IMG/VR virus record: IMGVR_UViG_3300045988_035831
Strand: one strand, 5' to 3'
Length of the DNA stretch: 44,723 bases
Source: a virus
Below the pieces are notes generated by a model. It was not told the origin of the DNA. It was given only the letters and a program-made list of their open reading frames with translations, and did no database searches. A program made the position numbers and the translations under genes. Shown in pieces: positions 33,789 through 42,190 of the stretch (position 1 is its first letter; each line of letters opens with the position of its first letter).

Positions 33789-34035
33789 AGAAGGTCAGCA
33801 GATCCACAAAGACATATATCTGTACATCTGCCGGTATATAAAAGAACATCGGTACGCACCGTCTTATAAAGAGATTGCCGATGGTGTCGGTGTGTCAAAT
33901 GCCACGGTGCTTCGTCACATGGACATGCTGCGAACTGATGGGCTGATCGAAACGGATCACCCGAAGACGCCGAGAGCGTTCCGGTTGACGGGATATGAGT
34001 TCGTGACAAGGAGGAAGAAGCATGAAACTGTATGA
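33769..34035 (+). CDS. LexA-N-terminal-like winged-helix DNA-binding protein without a peptidase domain.
   Basis: IYLYICRYIKEHRYAPSYKEIADGVGVSNATVLRHMDMLRTDGLIE...PRAFRL parallels the LexA DNA-binding domain. Only 88 aa. Confidence 0.7.
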   Translation: MYKQKYKEGQQIHKDIYLYICRYIKEHRYAPSYKEIADGVGVSNATVLRHMDMLRTDGLIETDHPKTPRAFRLTGYEFVTRRKKHETV

Positions 34036-34273
34036 GCTGTTCAAAGGTACTGAATACGTTGGAGAGTTCACCCTTGACGAGATCGCAAGTATCACAGGAG
34101 CACATCGGAGCGCACTACTCAACAGCGTGGCGCGCGGCGTTCTCGTAAATGGCTTGTGGGACGTCTCTCCGGCTTACGATCGGACTTTAAACCGGAATGA
34201 CGACAATTCATTGCTTAAGCAGTTTGAAGCCGTTACAGGGCAAATTAGGAGGTGTATGAAGCGTGAGCAGTAA
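34022..34273 (+). CDS. Hypothetical protein.
   Basis: AAGGAGGAAGAAGC-ATG; 83 aa. Confidence 0.7.
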   Translation: MKLYELFKGTEYVGEFTLDEIASITGAHRSALLNSVARGVLVNGLWDVSPAYDRTLNRNDDNSLLKQFEAVTGQIRRCMKREQ

Positions 34274-34649
34274 ACTTAAAGCAAAGCCACGAAAGCAGAG
34301 ACTTCCTCTAGCTCAGCCCAACCAGGCAGCCCAGGCGTTTGGGCGAGCTATGATTAACTGCCATAGCCAGATCAAAAGCATGGAGAGAGAAGCCTATGAG
34401 AATGGATTTAACGATGGAGAAGATTGGAGTGATACGATCAATGTCGTTACAACGATGATGGCCCTGAGACGTTTATATGGCTTTTCTACGAAACGTTTGC
34501 TCACAGTCATGCAGACTGCTAACGAGTACGTTAAAATGGCAAATAGGGGCGAAATGAGCGTTCTGAGTATGATGCAGGACATTGAAGAGAACACAGATGT
34601 AATATTTGACGAGATGAATAAGAATCTGGTTAAGAAGATGGGAGTTTAA
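34263..34649 (+). CDS. Hypothetical protein.
   Basis: GTG start 8 nt after AGGAGGTG; 128 aa. Confidence 0.6.
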   Translation: MSSKLKAKPRKQRLPLAQPNQAAQAFGRAMINCHSQIKSMEREAYENGFNDGEDWSDTINVVTTMMALRRLYGFSTKRLLTVMQTANEYVKMANRGEMSVLSMMQDIEENTDVIFDEMNKNLVKKMGV

Positions 34650-34710
34650 AATCATGTACTAACTGCACAATAGCGTGCCAGTTGCTTACATGGGGAAAGC
34701 GAGGATGAAA

Positions 34711-34899
34711 ATGGATTATAAGCACTGTAGATGTGGATGTGGTGGAATTATAGGGCGATACAGTAAAGTGAAAGGATTCACCTGCGAAAGATGCAATAAA
34801 GAGTATCAATTATCAGAGCTGAATTTTGATTGGATTGCATTGAACGAAAAGACAGGATGGCTGTTTCCGATGTTGAATAAGGAGGACACAAAATGTTAA
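34711..34899 (+). CDS. Small zinc-ribbon protein.
   Basis: CRCGCGG...CERCNK. The ATG at 34711 (or 34705) follows GCGAGG. Confidence 0.6.
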   Translation: MDYKHCRCGCGGIIGRYSKVKGFTCERCNKEYQLSELNFDWIALNEKTGWLFPMLNKEDTKC

Positions 34900-35255
34900 T
34901 CAGAAGTCAGGACAAAAGAATGATTGTAAATTTTGACAATATTTGCACAGTATCAGCCTTTCCTGAAAAGGATAGTGAGGATATCTATGTCGAAGATGGC
35001 ACAGGCTCGCTCATGGTCGGAAGATACTCCACCAAAGAAAAAGCCATGAAAGTACTGGATATGATTCAGGAAGCATACATGGAATACAAATGTGGTGAAA
35101 TTGTTGGCAATGGGCTGTCAGGATCAGCATACACAGGAAGCTATGATACAAAAGAAAGTGTGGCGCATGGAATTGCTGTATTAAAAGGCTATGGAAATGA
35201 GATAAGAAAATCAATCCTGTTTCAGATGCCAGAAGACAGTGAGGTGGAAGTATGA
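34893..35255 (+). CDS. Hypothetical protein.
   Basis: AAGGAGG SD; 120 aa. Confidence 0.75.
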   Translation: MLIRSQDKRMIVNFDNICTVSAFPEKDSEDIYVEDGTGSLMVGRYSTKEKAMKVLDMIQEAYMEYKCGEIVGNGLSGSAYTGSYDTKESVAHGIAVLKGYGNEIRKSILFQMPEDSEVEV

Positions 35256-35818
35256 AAAGATCTGAAATAACAAAATTTCTTAGCAGATTGTTGGAAAAAA
35301 GCCGTTTTTCTGGTCCAGGTAAATACTGGGCTAGAGAAGTAAGCCTTGATTATGGCTACGCAGCAGGAAAGCCAAGAAGAGTAGATTACATGCAGTTTAT
35401 TCCGGAAAATCAGTGTTCTATCTCAGCAATCGAAAAAGGAATATTTACATGCTATGAAATCAAAAGCTGCAAAGAGGATATTTACAGCGGAAATGGATTA
35501 AATTTTATTGGCGAAAAAAACTATCTTATAACAACAATGGAGTGCTACAAAGAGATTTTACCTGATTTAAAAAATGGAAAATTTGCCCAACATATACGTG
35601 AGAATTTTCCGGAATGTTACGCGGAAATAGGTAACATGGGAGTAATGGTTGCAGTTCCGTATCAGAGAGATGCTGCCGAAGAATTTGAAAACCCAACACC
35701 ACTAGGTGGAGATGTGGAAAAATGGAGATTATCAGTTGTTTTGAAGTGTGGGAACAATGGACCAAGAAAAAGATCCATGACAGAACTGTTGTTTTCCATG
35801 GTGAGAAGCGGGCATTGA
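35252..35818 (+). CDS. PD-(D/E)XK-like nuclease-fold protein, paralog 1.
   Basis: RRVDYMQF...CYEIKSCKEDIYSGNGLNFIG. Clear homology to 38989-39546 (RVDYMRF...CYEVKSSAEDFRSGHGLNFIG). Confidence 0.75.
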   Translation: MKRSEITKFLSRLLEKSRFSGPGKYWAREVSLDYGYAAGKPRRVDYMQFIPENQCSISAIEKGIFTCYEIKSCKEDIYSGNGLNFIGEKNYLITTMECYKEILPDLKNGKFAQHIRENFPECYAEIGNMGVMVAVPYQRDAAEEFENPTPLGGDVEKWRLSVVLKCGNNGPRKRSMTELLFSMVRSGH

Positions 35819-35834
35819 GAAAGGATGGAATAAT

Positions 35835-36233
35835 ATGATACATATCAAAGACAGATTAAAGCAGTACAAGGATAAATATTCGGACTGCTACAAATACGCT
35901 GGGGTACATGTCAAAGTTATTCAAGATATGATTGAGCAGCTTCTGGCTGATCTGGAACAGGATGAGAAAGAAAATGGTTGGATTCCTGTCAGTGAGAGAT
36001 TACCGGAAGATGAAAAAGAGTATCTTGTAACGCTTGAAAAAGTCTATGGAACACCTGAAAAGCTTTATGGAATTGCGAATTATTTAAAATTTGGAGATGC
36101 CGGATATTGGAACGAAAAGAAATATGGATATCTTGAATGGGATAAATATTCAGATGGGCATGGAGGAACAAAGATGTATAAAGTTATTGCCTGGATGCCA
36201 CTTCCAGAACCATACAAGGAGGATGAGCTATGA
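35835..36233 (+). CDS. DUF551-like protein.
   Basis: GWIPVSERLPEDEKEYLV...VIAWMPLPEPYKE. Confidence 0.8.
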   Translation: MIHIKDRLKQYKDKYSDCYKYAGVHVKVIQDMIEQLLADLEQDEKENGWIPVSERLPEDEKEYLVTLEKVYGTPEKLYGIANYLKFGDAGYWNEKKYGYLEWDKYSDGHGGTKMYKVIAWMPLPEPYKEDEL

Positions 36234-36331
36234 TTACATTCATATTAGGATTCACCCTTGGAACCATAGTCGGAGTAGTTGGTCTTGTATGTGTAGCGAT
36301 CATGTACGATAAGCACCACCCAGACAAATAG
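36230..36331 (+). CDS. 33-aa single-TM peptide.
   Basis: ATGA overlap, AAGGAGGA 6 nt upstream. MITFILGFTLGTIVGVVGLVCVAIMYDKHHPDK. Confidence 0.5.
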   Translation: MITFILGFTLGTIVGVVGLVCVAIMYDKHHPDK

Positions 36332-36344
36332 AAAGGAAAACGGT

Positions 36345-36665
36345 ATGCTGACAAGGAATAAAAAGCTGAAAGACTATGGTATTCCGGCAGAGGACATAGA
36401 AAAACTGAATACGATGCTGAAAGACTTCCCGGCAGAGTACGGATACCTGCTTTCCGGTGCCGCCTTGTCAGCTTGCCCGAAGAACACGGTGATAGCGGAT
36501 ATGGTTATCGAGAATATCTTGCACCGGAAAAGTTACAGGAAGATCAGCAGAGAAAGATATATCCCGATGAATCCGAAAGACTTTTACGGATACAGACGCA
36601 AGACCGTCGCTGTACTGTATGAGAGGATGCGGTTGTTGGGAGTGTGGGAGGATGAAAAACAATGA
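36345..36665 (+). CDS. Hypothetical protein with DYGIP...FYGYRRK motifs, paralog 1.
   Basis: Homologous to 39871-40167 (DYGVP...FYGYKRK). Confidence 0.75.
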   Translation: MLTRNKKLKDYGIPAEDIEKLNTMLKDFPAEYGYLLSGAALSACPKNTVIADMVIENILHRKSYRKISRERYIPMNPKDFYGYRRKTVAVLYERMRLLGVWEDEKQ

Positions 36666-36802
36666 AAAAATATCTTTCGTTAACTTTAGGCGTTGTGAAT
36701 TTTGCATGTATTGTTGTGAATATAATCAATCAAAAATGGGATATTCTGGTGATTAATATCATAGCATGCGTGTTGGTTCTTGATAATTTCATTAACGATT
36801 GA
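36662..36802 (+). CDS. 46-aa two-TM peptide.
   Basis: ATGA overlap. MKKYLSLTLGVVNFACIVVNIINQKWDILVINIIACVLVLDNFIND. The antisense track ORFs here look spurious. Confidence 0.5.
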   Translation: MKKYLSLTLGVVNFACIVVNIINQKWDILVINIIACVLVLDNFIND

Positions 36803-36818
36803 AAAGGAGAAATGAAAA

Positions 36819-37049
36819 ATGCGGTTAATTGATGCAGATAAGTTAAAAGAGGCAATAATAAAAGAGTACTTGCGAGGAAAGAAAACGCTCATGGAAGTGA
36901 TTGACGAGCAGCCGACAGCTTTTGATGCGGAAAAAATTACGGAATCGCTTATGAACAGATTTCGTGTTGTTTCCAATGACGAGGACTTGGAATGGAACAG
37001 AGCTATAGATTATGCTATTAAAATCTTAGAAGGCGGTGGAACTGAATGA
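36819..37049 (+). CDS. 'RLIDAD' family protein, tandem copy 1.
   Basis: MRLIDADKLKE...QPTAFDAEKI...ILEGGGTE. Confidence 0.75.
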   Translation: MRLIDADKLKEAIIKEYLRGKKTLMEVIDEQPTAFDAEKITESLMNRFRVVSNDEDLEWNRAIDYAIKILEGGGTE

Positions 37050-37276
37050 GTAGATTAATAGATGCGGACGACTTAATTGAATATATTAAAATATGGGATA
37101 TTGGTATGAGTATTGATTCTGACCAAAAAGAATTTATTAATTGTATTAATAGACAGCTGACAGTTTTTGATGTGGAGAAGGTTATTGAGCAATTAGAGAA
37201 TTATTTATTTGAAAAATATTGCATAGAAGGAGATACAACAATTGATGAAATTGTGAAAGGCGGTGGAGTTGAATGA
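37046..37276 (+). CDS. 'RLIDAD' family protein, tandem copy 2.
   Basis: MSRLIDADDLIE...QLTVFDVEKV...IVKGGGVE. Same length (76 aa) as copy 1. Confidence 0.75.
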   Translation: MSRLIDADDLIEYIKIWDIGMSIDSDQKEFINCINRQLTVFDVEKVIEQLENYLFEKYCIEGDTTIDEIVKGGGVE

Positions 37277-37701
37277 GAGAAATTCTTTTCAAGGCGAAGC
37301 GGATTGATAATGGTGAATGGATAGAGGGGAGCCTCATAGATTTAGATATTGACAGCGGATATTGTTATATTGTTCAGCCGTATAAAAAAGCGAGTATATT
37401 GCCAATCATCTTTTTAATAACAGACAGAATGAAATTGGTTGATCCAGAAACCGTCTGCCAGTTCACGGGGCTTTGTGACAAGAACGGTAAGAAGATTTGG
37501 GAAAATGACATTCTGATGGCAAACTTGGACGAATCCTACCCAGAGGATGTGACATATAAAACTGTTGAATGGGGTGTTGCAGGATGGGTAACACATGAAG
37601 CTAATAGCATAGACAGACAGTATCTTGATGAGTTTGATCTGGAACATTTTGAAGTGGTTGGCAATATCTTCGACAATCCAGAATTATTACAGGAGGAATG
37701 A
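37273..37701 (+). CDS. YopX-family protein.
   Basis: ILFKAKRIDNGEWIEG...CQFTGLCDKNGKKIWENDIL...GNIFDNPELL. Confidence 0.85.
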   Translation: MREILFKAKRIDNGEWIEGSLIDLDIDSGYCYIVQPYKKASILPIIFLITDRMKLVDPETVCQFTGLCDKNGKKIWENDILMANLDESYPEDVTYKTVEWGVAGWVTHEANSIDRQYLDEFDLEHFEVVGNIFDNPELLQEE

Positions 37702-37702
37702 G

Positions 37703-37888
37703 ATGAGTAAATGGTATGTAAGCGTCGGAATGAGCTTATCAATTGATTATGACGATATTGAAGCCGATACAAAAGAAAAAGCCGAGGAAATAGCAAAAAG
37801 TAAAGCATTGGAAGACATTGATTATAACAATTGTGATTGTGATACTGGCTATCCAATAGTGTATTGTTGTCTTGAGGAGGAATCATGA
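37703..37888 (+). CDS. Hypothetical acidic Cys-rich protein.
   Basis: ATG 37703 follows AGGAGGA; 61 aa. Confidence 0.65.
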   Translation: MSKWYVSVGMSLSIDYDDIEADTKEKAEEIAKSKALEDIDYNNCDCDTGYPIVYCCLEEES

Positions 37889-38159
37889 GTAAATCAGTAT
37901 TAGTGATAGATACACCAAAATATTGTGCTTTATGCGTTTTACGCAGCGGAGTGCTTCATAACCGTTCTGTGGAGTAAACAATAGAGATATTACAGATTTG
38001 AGTATTAGACCTGATTGGTGCCCACTGAAGCCATTGCCGGAGAAAATGAAAGTAACTGGGTTTTATAACGGCGAGTATTTTAAAGTAGGAGGCAAACCGC
38101 CGAGCTATAAAATCGGCTGGAATAAATGTATTGATGAGATCACAGGAGAGGTGAAATAG
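37885..38159 (+). pseudogene. Cys-rich 'RPDWCPL' family gene split by a -1 frame change.
   Basis: Frame a: MSKSVLVIDTPKYCALCVLRSGVLHNRSVE*. The -1 frame, open from 37962, reads PFCGVNNRDITDLSIRPDWCPLKPLPEKMKVTGFYNGEYFKVGGKPPSYKIGWNKCIDEITGEVK*. The junction must lie within 37960-37975. Confidence 0.45.
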
Positions 38160-38525
38160 ATGATTGATCTAGCGAATAAATGCGTATTAATCAGAACACA
38201 TGAAGAGTATGAAAATATTCTGAAAGTAGCAAAAAAACAAGGATATAGATGGTACGGCGGAAAAGAAGTGTATCCATATCCCTTTGAAAAACAGCAGATC
38301 CCGGATATATTAAAGTTCGATAGCAATAAAGAACTAACAAGAAATGCCAGTCTTGCACCGGGATATGAATTAGTAGAAGCATCAGACGTAATTGAATATG
38401 AGAAGAAGATCAAAGATGCTATAAACCTTGTCAGAGCATTTGCTAAAAACCCAGACAGAACATTGATTGACTCGCTTATTAAGTCCTTGAAGTTACTTGC
38501 AGATACTATAGAAAGTCAGATGTAA
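38160..38525 (+). CDS. Hypothetical protein.
   Basis: 121 aa; GGAGAGGTGA lies upstream. Confidence 0.75.
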   Translation: MIDLANKCVLIRTHEEYENILKVAKKQGYRWYGGKEVYPYPFEKQQIPDILKFDSNKELTRNASLAPGYELVEASDVIEYEKKIKDAINLVRAFAKNPDRTLIDSLIKSLKLLADTIESQM

Positions 38526-38537
38526 GAGGTGAAGTAG

Positions 38538-39002
38538 ATGGAGAGATTAACGAAATTGAAAAATGGAAGGATTACTTATAACGAAAAAAGAGATCCTGTG
38601 TTTGAATGTGGTGAATTTTGCGATAACTGTCCAACTGGTACAGCATATTGTAGGACTATGAAAGAAATGATTCGTAAACTTGCTACTTACGAAGACTTAG
38701 AAGAACAGGGCTTGCTTGTGAGATTACCGTGTAAGGTTGGAGACACGGTTTGGGTGGTAACATCGCCAATTAATGTGTTTGGTTATGATGAATATGATGG
38801 AGATGCGGAATATGAAGTATATGAATCTTTTTTATCAAGCGTATCTTATTATGCGTCTGGAGAACAATTCAGAATTTACGCAAAAGTAACGAATAGTTTT
38901 ATTGCGGCATACTTTAGAAAATGTGATTTTGGAGAATCTATATTCCTCACCCGCGAAGATGCTGAGAAGAAGTTGGAGGAGATTCAAAATGACAAGGCCT
39001 GA
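38538..39002 (+). CDS. Hypothetical Cys-rich phage protein.
   Basis: CGEFCDNCPTGTAYC...KLATYEDLEEQGLLVRLPCKVGDTVW. Confidence 0.8.
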   Translation: MERLTKLKNGRITYNEKRDPVFECGEFCDNCPTGTAYCRTMKEMIRKLATYEDLEEQGLLVRLPCKVGDTVWVVTSPINVFGYDEYDGDAEYEVYESFLSSVSYYASGEQFRIYAKVTNSFIAAYFRKCDFGESIFLTREDAEKKLEEIQNDKA

Positions 39003-39546
39003 GATTACAGCAGAATTATCAGCCATGCTTGAAAAGAAAATAAATCCTCACAATGATCCACGTATTTATTGGGCGAAAGAAGTGACATTCGATTATTCGA
39101 CAGATCATGCGGTCAGAGTGGATTATATGCGGTTCGTGCCAGCAAATAATAGTGTGTCCGGGATAGAAAAAGGTGACTGCTATTGTTATGAGGTTAAATC
39201 ATCAGCTGAAGATTTTCGTTCTGGTCATGGGTTGAATTTTATTGGTGATTATAACTACCTGGTTATGCCGACAGATGTATGTGCTGCGGTATCCCTTGAA
39301 ATTCCACATTATGTAGGAATATATGTACCAGAAGCAAATGATCTTACATGCATTAAAAAAGCAAAGCGAAGAAATCGGACAAGGCCTGTGTCTGAAATAC
39401 TTTTGATGATGTTCCGGTCTGCGAATAGAGATTATAGAAAAACAGTAAAACAGTTGGAGGAGATGAAGAAAAATAGAAAGACTTACAAAAATAGAAAAAA
39501 TATTGATGGCACAGGATATGTAGTTACCGGTGTGGACAGAGAGTAG
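38989..39546 (+). CDS. PD-(D/E)XK-like nuclease-fold protein, paralog 2.
   Basis: ATG 38989 lies 8 nt after GGAGGA. See 35252-35818 for the shared motifs. Confidence 0.75.
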   Translation: MTRPEITAELSAMLEKKINPHNDPRIYWAKEVTFDYSTDHAVRVDYMRFVPANNSVSGIEKGDCYCYEVKSSAEDFRSGHGLNFIGDYNYLVMPTDVCAAVSLEIPHYVGIYVPEANDLTCIKKAKRRNRTRPVSEILLMMFRSANRDYRKTVKQLEEMKKNRKTYKNRKNIDGTGYVVTGVDRE

Positions 39547-39647
39547 CTGAGTACAATGGATAGATGGACAGAAATCCTTAAAAAGTGTAAAGTATATGTA
39601 TCATCTTCCAGTACAAAAAGAAAAGTAAAAAGAAAGGATGAATAATA

Positions 39648-39812
39648 ATGAGCAAATTTAGAGAAATTGAAAAGGTATTCAGAAAAGTAGCAGACAAGGC
39701 AGCAATTTGCGCGGAATTAGAAGAAAAAGAGGATACGACCCCAGAAGAAATGGAAGAAGCAGGTAAAAACCTTATGTGGGCCATAATGCAGATTCAAAAG
39801 ATACAGCAATAA
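39648..39812 (+). CDS. 54-aa helical protein, below the track cutoff.
   Basis: MSKFREIEKVFRKVADKAAICAELEEKEDTTPEEMEEAGKNLMWAIMQIQKIQQ, with an AAAGGA SD. The antisense track ORF 39578-39784 was rejected. Confidence 0.55.
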   Translation: MSKFREIEKVFRKVADKAAICAELEEKEDTTPEEMEEAGKNLMWAIMQIQKIQQ

Positions 39813-39870
39813 AACAGAATTCGGCAGACGGCAGATGTAAGTAAAGAATTAAATTTGGGAGATGAAATAA

Positions 39871-40167
39871 ATGAAGTTGAGAAAGGCAACACTAACTGAT
39901 TACGGAGTGCCGCCGGATGACATACCGACATTACAAAGCCACTTGCGGAATCTTAGTGAGAGCGACAAATACAATCTATTGCAGGTATCTATCAAATATG
40001 CACCCGGCATTGAATCGCAAATCTATGACAGTATTGTGAACAGTATCGGCTATCGAACAATGGAAAAGATCAGAACGGTTCCTGCAACGGAGAATGACTT
40101 CTATGGCTACAAGCGCAAGGTCATGGCGGAATATTATCATCTGGCCAAATTGATTGGCAGACTTTAA
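39871..40167 (+). CDS. Hypothetical protein with DYGVP...FYGYKRK motifs, paralog 2. It is the last gene before the late terminator.
   Basis: 98 aa, homologous to 36345-36665. Confidence 0.75.
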   Translation: MKLRKATLTDYGVPPDDIPTLQSHLRNLSESDKYNLLQVSIKYAPGIESQIYDSIVNSIGYRTMEKIRTVPATENDFYGYKRKVMAEYYHLAKLIGRL

Positions 40168-40206
40168 AAAACTTAAAAATTTATAAAAGTGGTAGAGAGC
40201 TAAAAC

Positions 40207-40258
40207 TCCCCAGTGTGGTATTATATTTGTATATAACTGCTATACTGGGGACTTTTTT
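40207..40258 (+). terminator. Rho-independent terminator upstream of the packaging/late operon.
   Basis: tccccagt / actgggga forms an 8-bp stem with a large AT-rich loop, followed by cTTTTTT. Confidence 0.7.
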
Positions 40259-40274
40259 GAATTGAGGTGATAAT

Positions 40275-40532
40275 ATGGTGAACTTAAAAGCAGTTACGAG
40301 AAAACTCCAAAAAGCTATATTATCCACCGGATTAATCATAAAAATCGGAACATCGCAATTCTACAGCCATGAGCAGGAACGATTGATAACAGTAATAATT
40401 ATATCAACACCTACACTTCACCTCACAAAAAGGGGTGAATGGAAAGATTGTGATTATGAAATATTACGAACTGCATCCCAGTATGATGTGGTCATGTGCC
40501 TAAAAGAAATATGGGAGGCAGTCAGAAAATGA
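40275..40532 (+). CDS. Hypothetical protein, first gene of the late operon.
   Basis: TGAGGTGA SD; 85 aa. Confidence 0.65.
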   Translation: MVNLKAVTRKLQKAILSTGLIIKIGTSQFYSHEQERLITVIIISTPTLHLTKRGEWKDCDYEILRTASQYDVVMCLKEIWEAVRK

Positions 40533-40552
40533 GGATAGACAGAGGTGATTAG

Positions 40553-42190
40553 ATGGACTTAACGCCTAAGCAGAAAGCGTTTGCAGATGAATATATAAAG
40601 AATGGCGGAAATGCATCTGATGCCGCAATGAAAGCCGGATATTCAGCAACAGTTGCCAAGAATGCAAAGAAAAACATCTTGGAAAAACGTGGAGTTTTTG
40701 AATATATAGCAGAAAAACAAACTCTTCTGGAAAAACAAAAAGGCACTGATATCATGTCTCTGGCAGAAATCCAGCAACGCCGCTCTATGATTGCAAGGGG
40801 CGAACTGACTGATTCATTCGGATTTGCTCCGGATTTCTCCGATCAGCTAAAATCTATGAATGATTTGGAAAAAACGCTTGCTATAAAAGAAGCCAGAGAA
40901 GAAAAGCGGAAAGCAGAAGAAAAAGCCAGATTACAAAGTGAATATCATATTGATCTGGACATTGTCCCGGACGTATTTCATAAAATGATTAGAGATATCC
41001 GGAAAAAGAAACATAGCGAATACATTCTCCCTGGCGGACGTGGTTCCATGAAGTCCTCAACTATATCTCTAATTATACCGGAACTGCTGAAGAATAATCC
41101 GAACATGCACGCCCTGATTCTGCGAAAAGTCGGAAACACCATCAAAGATTCGGTTTATGCTCAGATGAAATGGGCTATTGATAAATTAAATCTAAATGAG
41201 GAATTTGTGTGCAAGGTATCTCCTATGGAGATTACGTATAAGCCTACTGGACAGAAGATTTACTTTCGTGGTGCTGACGATCCATTAAAGATTAAGTCTA
41301 TCAAACCAGAGTTTGGATATATAGGTATCGTCTGGTTCGAGGAGTTAGATCAGTTTTCTAATCCAGAAGAAATCCGAAACATTCAGCAGTCTGCTATTCG
41401 TGGTGGCAATGAAGCGTATAAATTCAAGTCATTCAATCCGCCTAGGAGTAAGAATAACTGGGCGAATGAATATACGGCAGAAGCAGAAGAAAAAGATAAA
41501 AATGTAATGGTTGTGCATAGCACATACCTTGATTTAGGGATTGAACAAGAGTGGCTTGGCGACGTATTTCTTGCAGATGCCGAACATCTGAAAGAAGTAA
41601 ATCCAGATGCTTACGACAACGAGTATTTAGGATATGCCAACGGAAATGGTGGAAATATCTTTGAGTATATCGAAGAAAGAACTATCACAGACGAAGAGAT
41701 TAGCCATTTTGATAGAATTTATCAGGGGGTTGACTGGGGCTGGTATCCGGACAAATATGCTTTCTCCAGAATCTATTATGATTCAGCTAGAGAAACAATC
41801 TATTTCATTGATGAGATTTATGAAAACAAAAAATCAAATGAATGGACTGCGAATGAAATCAAGCGAAGACAGTATGATGATTACGAAATTACTTGTGATT
41901 CTGCCGAACCTAAATCAATCAATGATTATAGAGACTTAGGACTTCCGGCAAGAGGGGCAATCAAAGGACCTGGAAGCATTGAGTATTCTATGAAGTGGCT
42001 GCAAAGAAGAAAGCTTGTGTTTGATCCAAAAAGAACACCAAATGCTTGCAAAGAGTTCAAAAAGTACGAATACGAACGCGACAAAGACGGAAATATTTGC
42101 AGCGGATATCCGGATAAGGATAATCATTTAATAGATTCCGTTCGGTATGGCTCAGAATCATTGTGGAGAAGACGAGGTAACAGTGCATAA
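40553..42190 (+). CDS. Terminase: a small-subunit (Terminase_2-like) N-terminal domain fused to a PBSX-type large subunit.
   Basis: aa 1-~130: LTPKQKAFADEYIKNGGNASDAAMKAGYSATVAKNAKKNILEK...SLAEIQQRRSMIARGEL. aa ~150-545: PGGRGSMKSS (Walker A), IVWFEELDQF (Walker B), FNPP. It is one uninterrupted ORF. Confidence 0.9.
   Translation: MDLTPKQKAFADEYIKNGGNASDAAMKAGYSATVAKNAKKNILEKRGVFEYIAEKQTLLEKQKGTDIMSLAEIQQRRSMIARGELTDSFGFAPDFSDQLKSMNDLEKTLAIKEAREEKRKAEEKARLQSEYHIDLDIVPDVFHKMIRDIRKKKHSEYILPGGRGSMKSSTISLIIPELLKNNPNMHALILRKVGNTIKDSVYAQMKWAIDKLNLNEEFVCKVSPMEITYKPTGQKIYFRGADDPLKIKSIKPEFGYIGIVWFEELDQFSNPEEIRNIQQSAIRGGNEAYKFKSFNPPRSKNNWANEYTAEAEEKDKNVMVVHSTYLDLGIEQEWLGDVFLADAEHLKEVNPDAYDNEYLGYANGNGGNIFEYIEERTITDEEISHFDRIYQGVDWGWYPDKYAFSRIYYDSARETIYFIDEIYENKKSNEWTANEIKRRQYDDYEITCDSAEPKSINDYRDLGLPARGAIKGPGSIEYSMKWLQRRKLVFDPKRTPNACKEFKKYEYERDKDGNICSGYPDKDNHLIDSVRYGSESLWRRRGNSA

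Noticed and set aside
36468-36976. Three minus-strand ORFs of 61-96 aa.
   Set aside because: They lie antisense to plus-strand genes and to short TM-peptide ORFs that are translationally coupled (ATGA overlaps).
39557-39646. 29-codon plus-strand ORF (MDRWTEILKKCKVYVSSSSTKRKVKRKDE).
   Set aside because: It has no clear SD and a low-complexity basic tail. There is not enough evidence to call it a gene.
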